From assembly GCF_000485595.1 (NCBI RefSeq), contig NW_014577068.1, forward strand, positions 826,487 through 890,486: a DNA stretch of 64,000 bases, given 5' to 3'. The DNA comes from Priapulus caudatus. Its lineage: Eukaryota. The position numbers and the translations under genes are program-made. The notes under the pieces are model-generated. The model had not been told where the DNA came from and made no database searches. It saw only the letters and a program-made list of their open reading frames with translations. Shown here one piece after another: positions 25,188 through 36,228 of this stretch (position 1 is its first letter; each line of letters starts with the position of its first letter).

Positions 25188-28100
25188 CGACGTTAAGCAT
25201 TTCAAACGGGGGTGCCATGCCTACAGTAAGTGAGCATAGCATATCGCGCCCTCGCTACTTCAATGTCGCAGCAATGCTTTGGGACAGGTCCCTTGCTATA
25301 CCAATGTCCAGGGATAAGGCGCGAACACGTCGGCGACGTGTCGCCCAAAGGAAATGACTTAGGGCCGGCGTTAAGCATTTAATTTAGAGGGTGGCATGCA
25401 TAGAGAAGGTGCGCATCGAAAAATGCACCCTCACTACTTCAATGTGGTGGCACTGCTCTGCCGATGGTCCCTTATTGCTATACTAATGTACAGGGATAGG
25501 GCGCGGAAACGTCGGCAACCTGTCGCCCAAAGGAAATGACGTAGGGACGACGTTAAGCATTTAATCTGGAGTGCGGCATGCCTAGAGAAGGTGCGCATCG
25601 AAAAATGCACCCTCCTACTTCAATGTGGTGGCACTACTCTGCCGAAGGGCCCTTGCTATACCAACGTACAGGAATATGGCGCGGACACGTCGGCGACCTG
25701 TCGCCCATAAGAAATGACTTAGGGCCAGGGGCGGCGCCAGGGTATTTTGATAGGGGGGCGAAACGGCGCGCAAGCGACGTTCATCGCGCTTGCTCGACGC
25801 AGGGGGGTGTCTGTTGGAATGTTGGAATTTTGTAAAAAATGCAGCAGAAATGGTGCGATTTGGTGCATACTTTTAAACAAATTTCCTGATAAAAACTGTT
25901 AATGTTCAACTTATGTTAACACAAGCATGAGACAACTGCTGAAAAGGGGGGAAGGAGGGGACTTCTAGGGGGGTCTGGGGGCATGCCCCCTCCAGAAAAT
26001 GTTTGAAAATTATAAGCGCTGAGATGCAATCTAGAGCCATTTCAGGGTACTCTAATCGCTCACAACTAGCAACACTTTTTCGTGGAAAAGGGAAAAATTA
26101 TGCATATAACATGGTCACTTACTGTAAAATTTGGATGGGCACTGGGGAATTCCGTCTGTGTTGAGTGTGTCCAAAGTAAATGTATTTTGTAGATATACAA
26201 GCTCTTACGTAGGGAAGCTTTTATTTAGCTACACCCTGTATAAAATGTATATAGTTTTTCCAAACGTTAAAAACAATATAACACGGTTAAACCTGAGTGG
26301 TGCGACGAGGCTGTACTGCTGTTTGTATGACTAGTAAGTAATGCGACGTGATTTGCAGCTACAGTGACTATAAGTTATGCATGTGTGTTTAAACTTGAGA
26401 CAATTATTATTATTTACTGTATAATTCAACATGCTATATTACATAAATCTTCTTAATATTATTTTAAAACAGTACATACTGATCGTTTGTTAACTACCAG
26501 TGATACTTTATTGTTTACATCTAAACGTGAAATGCGCGGGGATGTGCGAATTACTCCACAACCTAGCGCACGTGAACAGTGAGCGTGCCGCACGACCCGT
26601 GCACGTAAATAAACCCTGGCCAACACAATGTAAGGTTCACTACCACTGGCCAAAAGTAATATAAGCTCCACCCAAAAGTAAATAAGCTCCACCCACTTCT
26701 TATCCTTTTTTGGTATGCCAACGCTGCTACTGGATTCAGGAACCTGTGCGTCCGAACATCCCACGCACGTTTCTTGAATGCCAACTAAAGTTTTACCGTA
26801 CAGACCCGTACTCTGCCTTTATCATTATGCTAGCAAGCATACAATAAGACAATGATACGAGTAGAAGCACTCCGGATAGTTACCGAGTCACAGTGTGTTC
26901 ACATGTACGCGATCGTCAGAGACCACGGAGGTATTCTTACCCCCCCCCCCACACAAAAAAACTGATCTCAGAATTAGTCTCTTGAGTTCTAAAATGGTCA
27001 GAAATCCACCGAACGGCGGAAATGTCTCATGCCTGTAAAATAAGTTGTTAATACCTTCAAGTGGGCCTACCTTTTCGCCGGGAAACAGCATCATCGACAA
27101 ATGATGGTCCCAACTTGGGACTCCCAAGGAAATAACACATTGACATCGATTATCAAATTAAGCACAGGTTTTATATGGATTGAATTTCGACACTTAATTT
27201 TTCGACTTTTCGATGAAAGTGGTCCAGCTTGTAGGCTACATCACTCATTTTTTTGTGGTGGCATCATACGGAATAATAACATAACCTTGCAGCTTAATTC
27301 GCGTCAGTGGAATGGAGGGATTTACGCTACTTGTGTAACGAACATGCGCGTGGTATTCCAGTCTGTGGACACGTTCAGACTAGACGTCTCTGATTGGTCA
27401 AAAATATCCGCGATTACAGTGAGGGTTCATTAATATACATAAAATTACCATATCAGACACAGCTCAGGCGCGTAGCCAGGATTTTATTTNNNNNNNNNNT
27501 AGTTCCGGAGACCCCCTCCTTTTAACGTGTCCAGTTTCATAGCATTGAATTTCAACGAAATCCTAGTTCCGGAGACCCCCATTTTCGAACATAGCCGGTT
27601 CCAGAGCATACCACATTCAACAAACATTAGTTCCAGAGACCCCCATTTTCAGGTCTGAGTTAGTTCCAGAGCCCTCCCCCCATTTTTGACTTCGCAGTGG
27701 CACATACCTACCATAATGTGGGGTGAGTGCCCCCCTCCCCCGGGGTTTCATCTCCTTGGTATATGTTGCTCCTTGGTTCCCTGCACGATATTTTTTGTCA
27801 AAATAGTGCCACGGCAGTGCCGTGCTACCGTGGCGGCCACTACGGCCCTGATTAATATTCATAAAATTACCATATCAGACACAGCTTGGATACATATGAA
27901 CCCCCCCATCATTTCCAAGAAAATGATAGGGGGCGACCCCCCCCTATGCCCTCCCCTATCATTTGCAAGATGTTTCTTCTTCTTTTTCTTTTTCTTCTTC
28001 TTCTTTTTGTTTTCTTTTTCTTTTTCTTTTCCTTTTCTTTTCCCTTTTTCTTTTCCTTTTCTTTTTCTTTTTCTTTTTCTTGTAAAAAATAGGGGGGCGA

Positions 28101-29358
28101 CCGCACCCCCCTGCCCCCCTCTGGCGCCGCCCCTGCTTAGGGCCTATGTTAATCATTTAAATTAGAGGGTGGCATGCATAGATAAGGTGCGCATCGAAAA
28201 TGCATCCTCGTTATTTTAATGTGATAGCACTGCTCTGCCGATGGTCCCTTGCTAGAACCAATGTACAGGGATAAAGCGCGGACACGTCAGTGACCCGTCG
28301 CCCAAAAGAAATGACTTAGGATTAACGTTAAGCATTTAATTTAGAGGGTGGCATGCATAGAGAAGGTGCGCATCGAAAAATTCACTCTTGCTACTTCAAT
28401 GTGATGGCACTGCTCTGTCAACGGTCCCTTGTTATGCCAATGTACAGGGATAGGGCGCGGAGACGTCGGCAACCTGTCGCCCAAAGGAAACGATGTAGGG
28501 TCGACGTTAAGCATTTGATCTGGACTGTGGCATGCCTACAAGAGGTGCGCATCGAAAAATGCACCCTCGCTACTTCAATGTGGTGGCACTGCTCTGCCAA
28601 CGGTCCATTTCTATACCAACGTACAGGGATATGGCGCGGACACGTCGCACGAGGGGGGGCATGCATAGAGAAAGTGCACATCGAAAAATGCGCCCTCGTT
28701 ACTTCAATGTGATGGCACTGCTCTGCCGAAGGTCCCTGGATATACCACTGTACATGGATAGGGCGCGGCCACGTCGGCGACCTGTCGCCCACAAGAAATG
28801 ACTTAGGGCCGACGTTAAGCATTTAATTTAGAGGGTGGCATATGCACAGAGAAGGTGCGCATCGAAAAATACACTTTCGCAACTTCAATGTGATGGCACT
28901 GCTCTGCGGGAGGTCCCTTGCTATACCAATGTACAGGGATAGGGCGCAGACACGTCGGCGACATGTCGCCCAAAGGAAAAGACTGAAGGGCCGACGTTAA
29001 GCATTTAGTTTAAAGCGTGGCTAGCTTAGAGAAGGTGCGCATCGGAAAATGCACCCTCGTCATTTTAATGTGGTGGCAATGCGCTGCCGAAGGGTCCTTG
29101 CTATACCAATGAACAGGTATAGAGCGCAGACACGTCGGCGACCTGCCGTCCAAAGGAAAGGACTTATGGCAGACGTTAAGCATTTAATTAAGAGCGTGGC
29201 ATGCCTGTAGAAGGTGCGCATCGAAAAATGCACCCTCACTACTTCAATGTGGTGGCACTGCTCTGCCGAAGGTCCCTTGCTATACCAATGTACAGGGATG
29301 GGGCGCGGACACGTCGGCAACCTGTCGCCCAAAGGAAATGACTTAGAGCCGACGTTAA
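25188..29358 (+). repeat. ~180-bp satellite array (about 3 + 7 monomers), interrupted by a hAT element
   Basis: Monomer GACGTTAAGCATTTAATTTAGAGGGTGGCATGC...GAAATGACTTAGGGCC recurs with ~180-bp period (e.g. ~28325, 28505; 28812, 28994, 29173, 29352). Confidence 0.92.
25726..28135. mobile_element. 2.4-kb non-autonomous hAT-like element inserted in the satellite
   Basis: TIRs CAGGGGCGGCGCCAG / CTGGCGCCGCCCCTG; exact 8-bp TSD CTTAGGGC (25718-25725, 28136-28143); no transposase ORF. Confidence 0.88.
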
Positions 29359-31020
29359 AGAGATAGTAGACACTAGGATTTTACTGCATACAACTGTACT
29401 TACTGTATAACAAATCGTCTATACCCACACGTATTCGTTACCAGATACCTAATTTAATTGTTATAATTAATTACACATCAACGCTACGAAATTTGAACGG
29501 CGCCATGACACCCGCGACCATGCTGCCACCCCCAAAAAGTTGCGTATTTGACAATTTATTTTGCATGTTACAGACCGAGGGCTAATCACAAAAGTGCAAT
29601 TATATTTATACCTAAATGCTATTTAACCAAACGATATTCATTTTAGGGTAATTGTATCATATTATAACTGAAACTATAGCCTCGTCTACACGACGAACCT
29701 TAACACGAGTTAAGCTAACTCGAGTTAAGCGTTAACTCGAGTTAGCGATATGTAGCGTCTACACGACAACACCCGATAGCGATTATTACGATTTATTATG
29801 CATGCGTGCGTGCGTGTGTATGTAAACGTGCGTGCGTGTGTGCGTTGCGTGTGCACGTATACGTGCGTGCGTGCGTGCGTACGTGTGTACGTACACGTGC
29901 GTTCGTGCGTGCGTGCATGCGTGCGTGCGTGCGTGTGCACGTACACGTGCGCTGCATGTGTGCGTGCGTTGCATGTGCACGTACACGTGCGTACATGAGT
30001 GTGTGTGTGCGTGTGCAAGTACACGTTCGTGCGTGCGTGCGTGCGCAGGTACACGTTCGTGCGTTCATGCGTGCGTGCGTGCGTGCGTGTCACGTACACG
30101 TGCGTGCCATCGCTGAGTGCGTACATGTGCGTGCGTGCGTGCGCGTGTGCGTGCGCGCGTCCGTGCGTGCGTGCGTGTGCACGGTCCACGTCCGCGTGCA
30201 TGCGTGCGTGCGTGTGTATGTAAACGTGCGTGTGTGCATGCGTGCGTGGGTGCGTGTGCACGTACACGTGCGCGCATGCGTGTGTACTTACACGTGCGTG
30301 CATGCGTGCGTGCGTGCGTGTGCACGTACACGTGCGTGCATGAGTGTGTGCGTGCGTGCGCGCGTGCGCAGGTACACGTTTACGCACGCACGTGTACTTG
30401 CACACGCACGCACACACTCATGCACGCACGTGTACAGCATGTGCACGTAGGCGTGCGTGCGTGCGTGCATGCGTGTGCACGTACACGTGCGTGCGTGCGT
30501 GTGCACGTACACGTGCGTGCATGAGTGTGTGCGTGCGTGTGCAAGTACGCGTGCGTGCGTGCGTGCGTACGTGTGTACGTACATCTTACTAGTGCTGCCG
30601 CCTATCGTGGAGGTTAAGCTAACTCGAGTTAAGCGTCTACACGGGCCTTAACTCGAGTTAAAGTAACTCAAGTTAGCTTAACCTCGATCGACTGGCGAGG
30701 TTAAGCTAACTCGAGTTACCTTAACTCGAGTTAAGGCCTTGTGTAGATGCTTAACTCGAGTTAAGGTTCGTCGTGGAGACGAAATTAATAAATAAGAAAC
30801 ACCCTCGGTCTGTAGCCCTTGGCTGAAAAGTGGTTTTGCGCATCTTATCAGATCGTGCGCTTTGAGTGGCGCCACCGTCGTTGTAATCAAACTGTAGTCG
30901 TTAGTTTTAAAACATTTTTTAATAATATTTCTAATGGTGATTAAACCATGAAACTTTTTATGTAGCGTAATTTTAACCTAAATTAACTGAAAATAACCCT
31001 AGAACATAGAGTAAACGATT
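29359..31020. mobile_element. Kolobok-like element, copy 2 (inverted relative to 6155-6733), split by a nested MITE
   Basis: Begins after TTAA (29355-29358) of a satellite monomer; 29359-29678 and 30783-31010 are reverse-complement homologues of copy 1; right terminus degenerate. Confidence 0.7.
29682..30782. mobile_element. MITE (Harbinger-like termini) with subterminal TTAACTCGAGTTAA palindromes and central (GCGT)n/ACACGT array
   Basis: 34-bp TIRs TCGTCTACACGACGAACCTTAACACGAGTTAAGC with 2 mismatches; array at ~29798-30583. Confidence 0.8.
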
Positions 31021-31475
31021 CCCCATTGGTTAATCAATGGTATATAATATAATCAATCGTTTAATAATAAAATAAATATAATAAACTGTTATATTGCTCA
31101 GTTAGTATTGCCTTACTAACCCTTACCCCTTCCTCCACTGGGCCAAAAAGAAATCACTTAATAGTCATTATTCTGTGGCTCTACCTTACCACCTTACCTA
31201 CCCGTGCGGCCGTGCCACCCTACACTCCGCAACTGTGGGGCCTGCTCCAATACTCAGGAGACGGTATAAAAGCAAAAACACATTTTATTATCTAATATTA
31301 TGCATATATAAATTTGGCGTATAGAAGGTAGGACTCGTGTTTAGTTACTTTATTGTATCTACGAGTAAATATGCTACAATTAAATGGGTTGGTGATATTA
31401 TGCGTGTGTTTGTGCGGTAACATGGGTGCGATGTGAATCGGATGGTCTATTGTTAATGGGAAGGAAACTGCTACC

Positions 31476-31585
31476 ATGGCGGACAAAATACAGAAGATGA
31501 CGAGTCCGGCGGGTGTAAAACCCGTCCCAATGAAGCTTTTTGCCACGTGGGAAGTGGATAGGACAGCCCCAAATTGTATACCAAG
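31476..31585 (+). CDS. PACS: Phosphofurin acidic cluster sorting protein (PACS-1/2 family), coding exon 1
   Basis: ACCATGG Kozak context; encodes MADKIQKMTSPAGVKPVPMKLFATWEVDRTAPNCIP(R), matching the PACS N-terminal PVPMNLFATWEVD..CVPR motif; phase-2 donor AG|GTTAGT. Confidence 0.93.
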
Positions 31586-32289
31586 GTTAGTGGCACATGT
31601 CTTTAATCTAATTAAAAATCCGTCCTTTGGTTTTACAGAATATATGTCGACTGACAATTTCTGCTGTTCTTTATTATTTGGGTGGTGAAAGCCGACGTCT
31701 AACTTGTTGTAGTAAAACCACTGGCACTGTCACTGATTGTGCTAGTAGTAGTACTTCAACTTGTACTGTAGTTGTAGTAAATAACAGTTCTTTGCAGCCT
31801 GTATGAGACTTGCACTACTGCCGCTACTAGTACTACTACTAATAATGATAAGACTGATATATCTACTAGTATTATTAATAATAACAGTAACAATTATATT
31901 TGGATTTTCGGCTTGCCTTTCAAAATATCAATACGCAATAGACAATATTGTCATTATTGATGTCAATATTATGAATATACGCAGAATCGGAGTTTGTATA
32001 CAATACATCATAAACTAAGTAAATTAATACTAAACTACTTAACTAACCCCAACTTCTTGAAGTAAACGAACTGTGCAAGACAGCAATAAGGTGTTTGAAC
32101 TGGAGGTTCTCGTTTTAGACCTTAACTTAAGTTTAACTTAAGTGTAATACTAATAGTAATATTAATAACGTTCATGTAATTTGGGTTTTTGACCGAGTCT
32201 GTGATATGCCTTATCGCCAATCGGAACAGCAAAATGCGTCATGGGATAGGAAAAGGGGCATTACTAGGGCCGCCACTGCCATGAGCGGT

Positions 32290-33178
32290 TAGCAGCCGGC
32301 TGCACGCAATAGGCGTCAGTATGCATGCGCGATACCGTTCGCATATATTTGCAGGGTTCTCCCTACGTTGCGCAAACGGGGCGCGCGCGCCCCGTTTGGG
32401 AAAACTCCCCCCTGTTTCAATCGTTGCGCCCCGTTTAAATTACCTCCGCCCCGTTTAAATTCCACCACAATAAAAGTTTGCCAGCGAGGGAATCGATCGT
32501 CAAGAATTCCCATTCGACCAGGACACCCGGCGCGTGTATTTTTACCGTGCAACGCATGCACTGCAGACAATACACAAGTACAAACAGTCAACCTGTCCCA
32601 CACCCAACACTAACTGTACACCGACTTGGCTATCTTATATATACAAGAACCCCAAATACTGTCTATGGTGTGGTGACGATTTTACGCATTAATTAGTGGT
32701 ACGGTAAAAAAACACGCCCCCGGACCCCCCTAGTTCCCCCCTCCCTCCTCCCCCTCCCCTCCCCTCCCCCCTGTTTGAATTTCATCCTGGGGAGAACCCT
32801 GTATTTGGTAATTATTTAGACTAATCGTGCTTCAGCAAACTGAAAATTCACAGAGATTATAGCTAAGACGTGTTTATATTCATCTAGATTTGTAGAAATG
32901 TAACTCAACTCGTTCGTGAGATATGATAGTTAGTACCATTTCCTATCGCCCATAGCCGTGCGTATAGCCGGCTGCACGCAATAGGCGCCTATGCCCGATA
33001 CCGCTCGCATATATTTGGTAATTAATTAGACTAATCGTGCTTCAACAAACTGAAAATTCACAGAGATTATAGCTAAGAGATGTGTCTATATTCCTCTAGA
33101 TTTCTAGAAATGTAACTCGACTCGTTCGTGAGATATGATAGTTAGTACCCTTTCCTATCACCCATAGCCGTGCGTATA
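32290..33178 (+). repeat. ~205-bp tandem repeat (about 2.3 units)
   Basis: GCCGGCTGCACGCAATAGGCG...TATTTGGTAATT...CCCATAGCCGTGCGTATA repeated. Confidence 0.8.
32352..32801. mobile_element. MITE with CAGGGTTCTCC TIRs and 6-bp TSD
   Basis: TIRs CAGGGTTCTCCC / GGGAGAACCCTG; TATTTG duplicated (32346-32351, 32802-32807); interior similar to ~3745-4000. Confidence 0.8.
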
Positions 33179-34583
33179 TTACCTATGAGCGACGATCGAT
33201 GCCCCCTTTTCTATCCTAACATGCTTTGCGGTGGTGCGCCATCTGGTGATATTTACCGATTAGCAATAAGGTCTATTGACATTGTTACTGTTCACCGCTC
33301 TATACCAGGTACTAAGGTAGGTTCGTGTATTGCACGAGCGACGTTAGACACTGTATAGACGTTTAGTCTTACAGCTGTGTTCTGCTATCCCTGGGTAATG
33401 ATAATACTGCTCAGCTCTACCATGTAACCCTGAGATTCTTACTACGGGGCTATGAAAAAAAACATTAGCACAAACATAATGTATATCAATCCTAGGAAAT
33501 TATAGGAATTTATTGGGCGAATAGAAATAATAATTTCATTATATTTCATTATATAATCATATTATGCAATTTGCAAAAGAAAATAAAGAGATAAACACCA
33601 GTCTTTCGATTGCCAGTTGGTGATACTAACTACAAAGCTATTGAGGACATTACTGTAGGCGTTGTGTCAGTATATCAAAAGAATATGCGTAATAATAAAT
33701 CCTTTGTTACATTTATTGTTAGTCATAGTAATTCTATAAGCTCTTTGTTAATGAGTTATGATTTAATGTGTCATGGTTGCACGGTTGCACCACTTATAAA
33801 TTAATTGTCCAGAAAATAAAAAAACTTGAGTGTGTTCATGTACATTTTCCATTTTATATACTATAACACACAAAATTCTTAGTAATTTTTATGAACGAGT
33901 AAAAAGAAGCATATATGATCTAATCGGTAAGAACATATATATTATTACTGCAGATTTTTATTTTTGTGGGTGTGTAAAAAATAGTTGTTTTCATTAAAAT
34001 CTAGTAGTGTGACAAGTAGTCATTACTACTATTATCAGTTATGAATGATTATTAATTGCATATATATATATAATTATACTATTTTTTATTCACGGGTAAC
34101 ATGTTAAGAAAAGTGACAAAGCCATGTATTACCAAATAGATTGTCTAGTCAGGAATGAAAAGTCAGAACAATATTACAACAGTATCGATTATACTTGACA
34201 CAAATATTGGTCTTGTATTTGTTAACGATCTAATATTTTCTATACTGGTAAATAGGGTATGGCTGATAAGAAAGCAGCAGCTCAGAACTATATCTACAGC
34301 ATGTTAGAAAGCAAAGCAAAGGCTTGTTAGTGCTAGTAGCAGTAGAATGGCACACTACCTGTCCATTGTGTACATATATGTACCTGCCAGGCTGTATGCT
34401 ACCTTTCATGTGTGCATGTAGCAGCAATGAACCGGTTCAAGCAGAATATGTAAGGGACCCCATGGTAGGAGCGGGTGGCTTGATGATTAAACCTTAAAAA
34501 GGTTGAAGTTGTGCGAGAACATTTCACGTCACCTTTTCACACAACTGTACAATTATTGCCTCACATAGTATATTGCACATATA

Positions 34584-34818
34584 GGCTAATACTCCATTAG
34601 GAGTGTTCCTGACTTTGATATCATTAATGATTAATGATTAATGATTAATGATTGATAACCCTAACCCTATTGGCCTAACCCTAACCCTAACCTAAATGAC
34701 ATTAAACCACAAACTAATATATGACCATGACCACATATATAATATATATATATATATATATGTTATTATGATTATTAATGACATTAAAGTTGGGAACACT
34801 CCTAATGGAGTATCACCC
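34584..34818. mobile_element. hAT-like MITE carrying CCCTAA tract, copy 2 (inverted)
   Basis: Same TIR core as 10191-10528; exact 8-bp TSD CACATATA (34576-34583, 34819-34826). Confidence 0.85.
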
Positions 34819-35390
34819 CACATATAGGGTAGTGTGTAGCTAGTGTAATGAGATTTGGTGAATTTACTCTTGAACAGTAAGTGAAGCCTGCTTGACACCA
34901 AAGTAATATAAGAATATGCACAGCTTTATATAGTCTGTGAAAAGAAATATTTTGTTGTCAATCATTTTGATAAAATTTTGATGAGTATCAAGTACTGAGA
35001 TCTTGTAGTGGCATACCAGTGATGAAAATTGAGTAAGTAGTAGCCAGCCACCTAGCACCCTATAAAAGTAAAAATGTTAAGTGCCTAGCTCAAATTTGAT
35101 TAATTTAGCTTATCTCGTGCAGTGCCAAAGTTTGGGATTAATATTCTTGGAATTTAAGACTAAAATGGTGCTCTATTATACTAAATGTAAAAAAGGCAAA
35201 ATAATGCATATATATATTGTACTGTTACAGATATCAATAAGACAGAATCAGAATCAGTCATAAACCTAACTTAGTCTGCCTTACTGGACCACTTTATGAC
35301 AAAGTGTTAGTGCCACAAGTTTTCTGCACTGGGACACAAAAATAAGTAGATTAGTAGAAAAAGCAAAGATAATAATTTTTTATACCTTTT

Positions 35391-36222
35391 CAGGGTTCTC
35401 CAAGCTTTTAAATTATAGCATGGGGGTGCTACTGACTGCTAGGGGGGTCCGCGGGCACGCCCCCCCCCCGGAAAATTTTTGAATTGTAGAAACTGAGATG
35501 CAATCTGGGACACTCTGTGTGTAAATTTGAAGCACTGCATGTGGGGTGAAAATGTTTGTATTGCATGGGCAAAGCCATCGGAAAATTCAAAATAATTAAT
35601 GTAATAAAAATATCAAAATGTAGGGGTGAACCTGCTGGTTTGCTGGTTCCAAATGGAGTTCACCTCTCATAATTAAGAGTGTAACAGTGTAACAGTTAAC
35701 AACTGTTTAAGTGTACCAGTCTACTCTACCTCGTGTTAGACGGGGTTACCTGCCCTGTAATAATGCCGTTGGAAATTAATTTACAATTTAATTCACGATT
35801 AAGATTTCTTGATGAGCTAGAAAACACTCGGATTAGAAGTATGAAAATGAACACTATTGGTGCCAGCTAGCCTACACCAGTTGGTTGGGATTGATTGTCA
35901 GTTCAGATGCAAAATATTTAAAGCAAAAGGTTATACACCATAGAATAATTTTGGTACTATAACATGCGTACATATAAGATAGCCGAGTCGGTTTTGGAGT
36001 TAGTGTTAGGGTTAGGGATAGGGATAGGGTGACTGTTTGTACTTGTGTGTGGCACTGCCGTACCTGTAGCATCGAGACCAACGTGTATTAATTGTTTGAA
36101 CTTTTTGTGTATACACCAGCATGGCGGCTATGATATTTAGCATGGCAGGTGCATTTTAGGATGGCGGGGCTCGACGATAGCCTGGCAGGCCGCCAGGCTA
36201 TAAGTGCCCTTGGAGAACCCTG
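35391..36222. mobile_element. MITE with CAGGGTTCTCCAAG TIRs
   Basis: 14-bp perfect TIRs; CTTTT directly on both flanks. Confidence 0.75.
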
Positions 36223-36228
36223 CTTTTA

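Noticed and set aside
27909..28165. Lys/Glu-rich or Phe-rich ORFs
   Set aside because: Translation of a (TTTTTC)n tract inside the hAT element
25188..29358. CRISPR-like array
   Set aside because: Whole ~180-bp monomers repeat with no unique spacers; eukaryotic context; no cas genes
6155..31020. Giant ~25-kb transposon carrying the LRAT genes, bounded by ~570-bp inverted repeats
   Set aside because: The left repeat is itself a complete TTAA-flanked element with its own TIRs, and the right copy starts at its own TTAA and is clearly diverged; two independent Kolobok-like insertions explain the pattern
31586..31688. C-terminal part of the 70-aa ORF 31476-31688
   Set aside because: PACS similarity stops at the GTTAGT donor; the remainder is intron read-through
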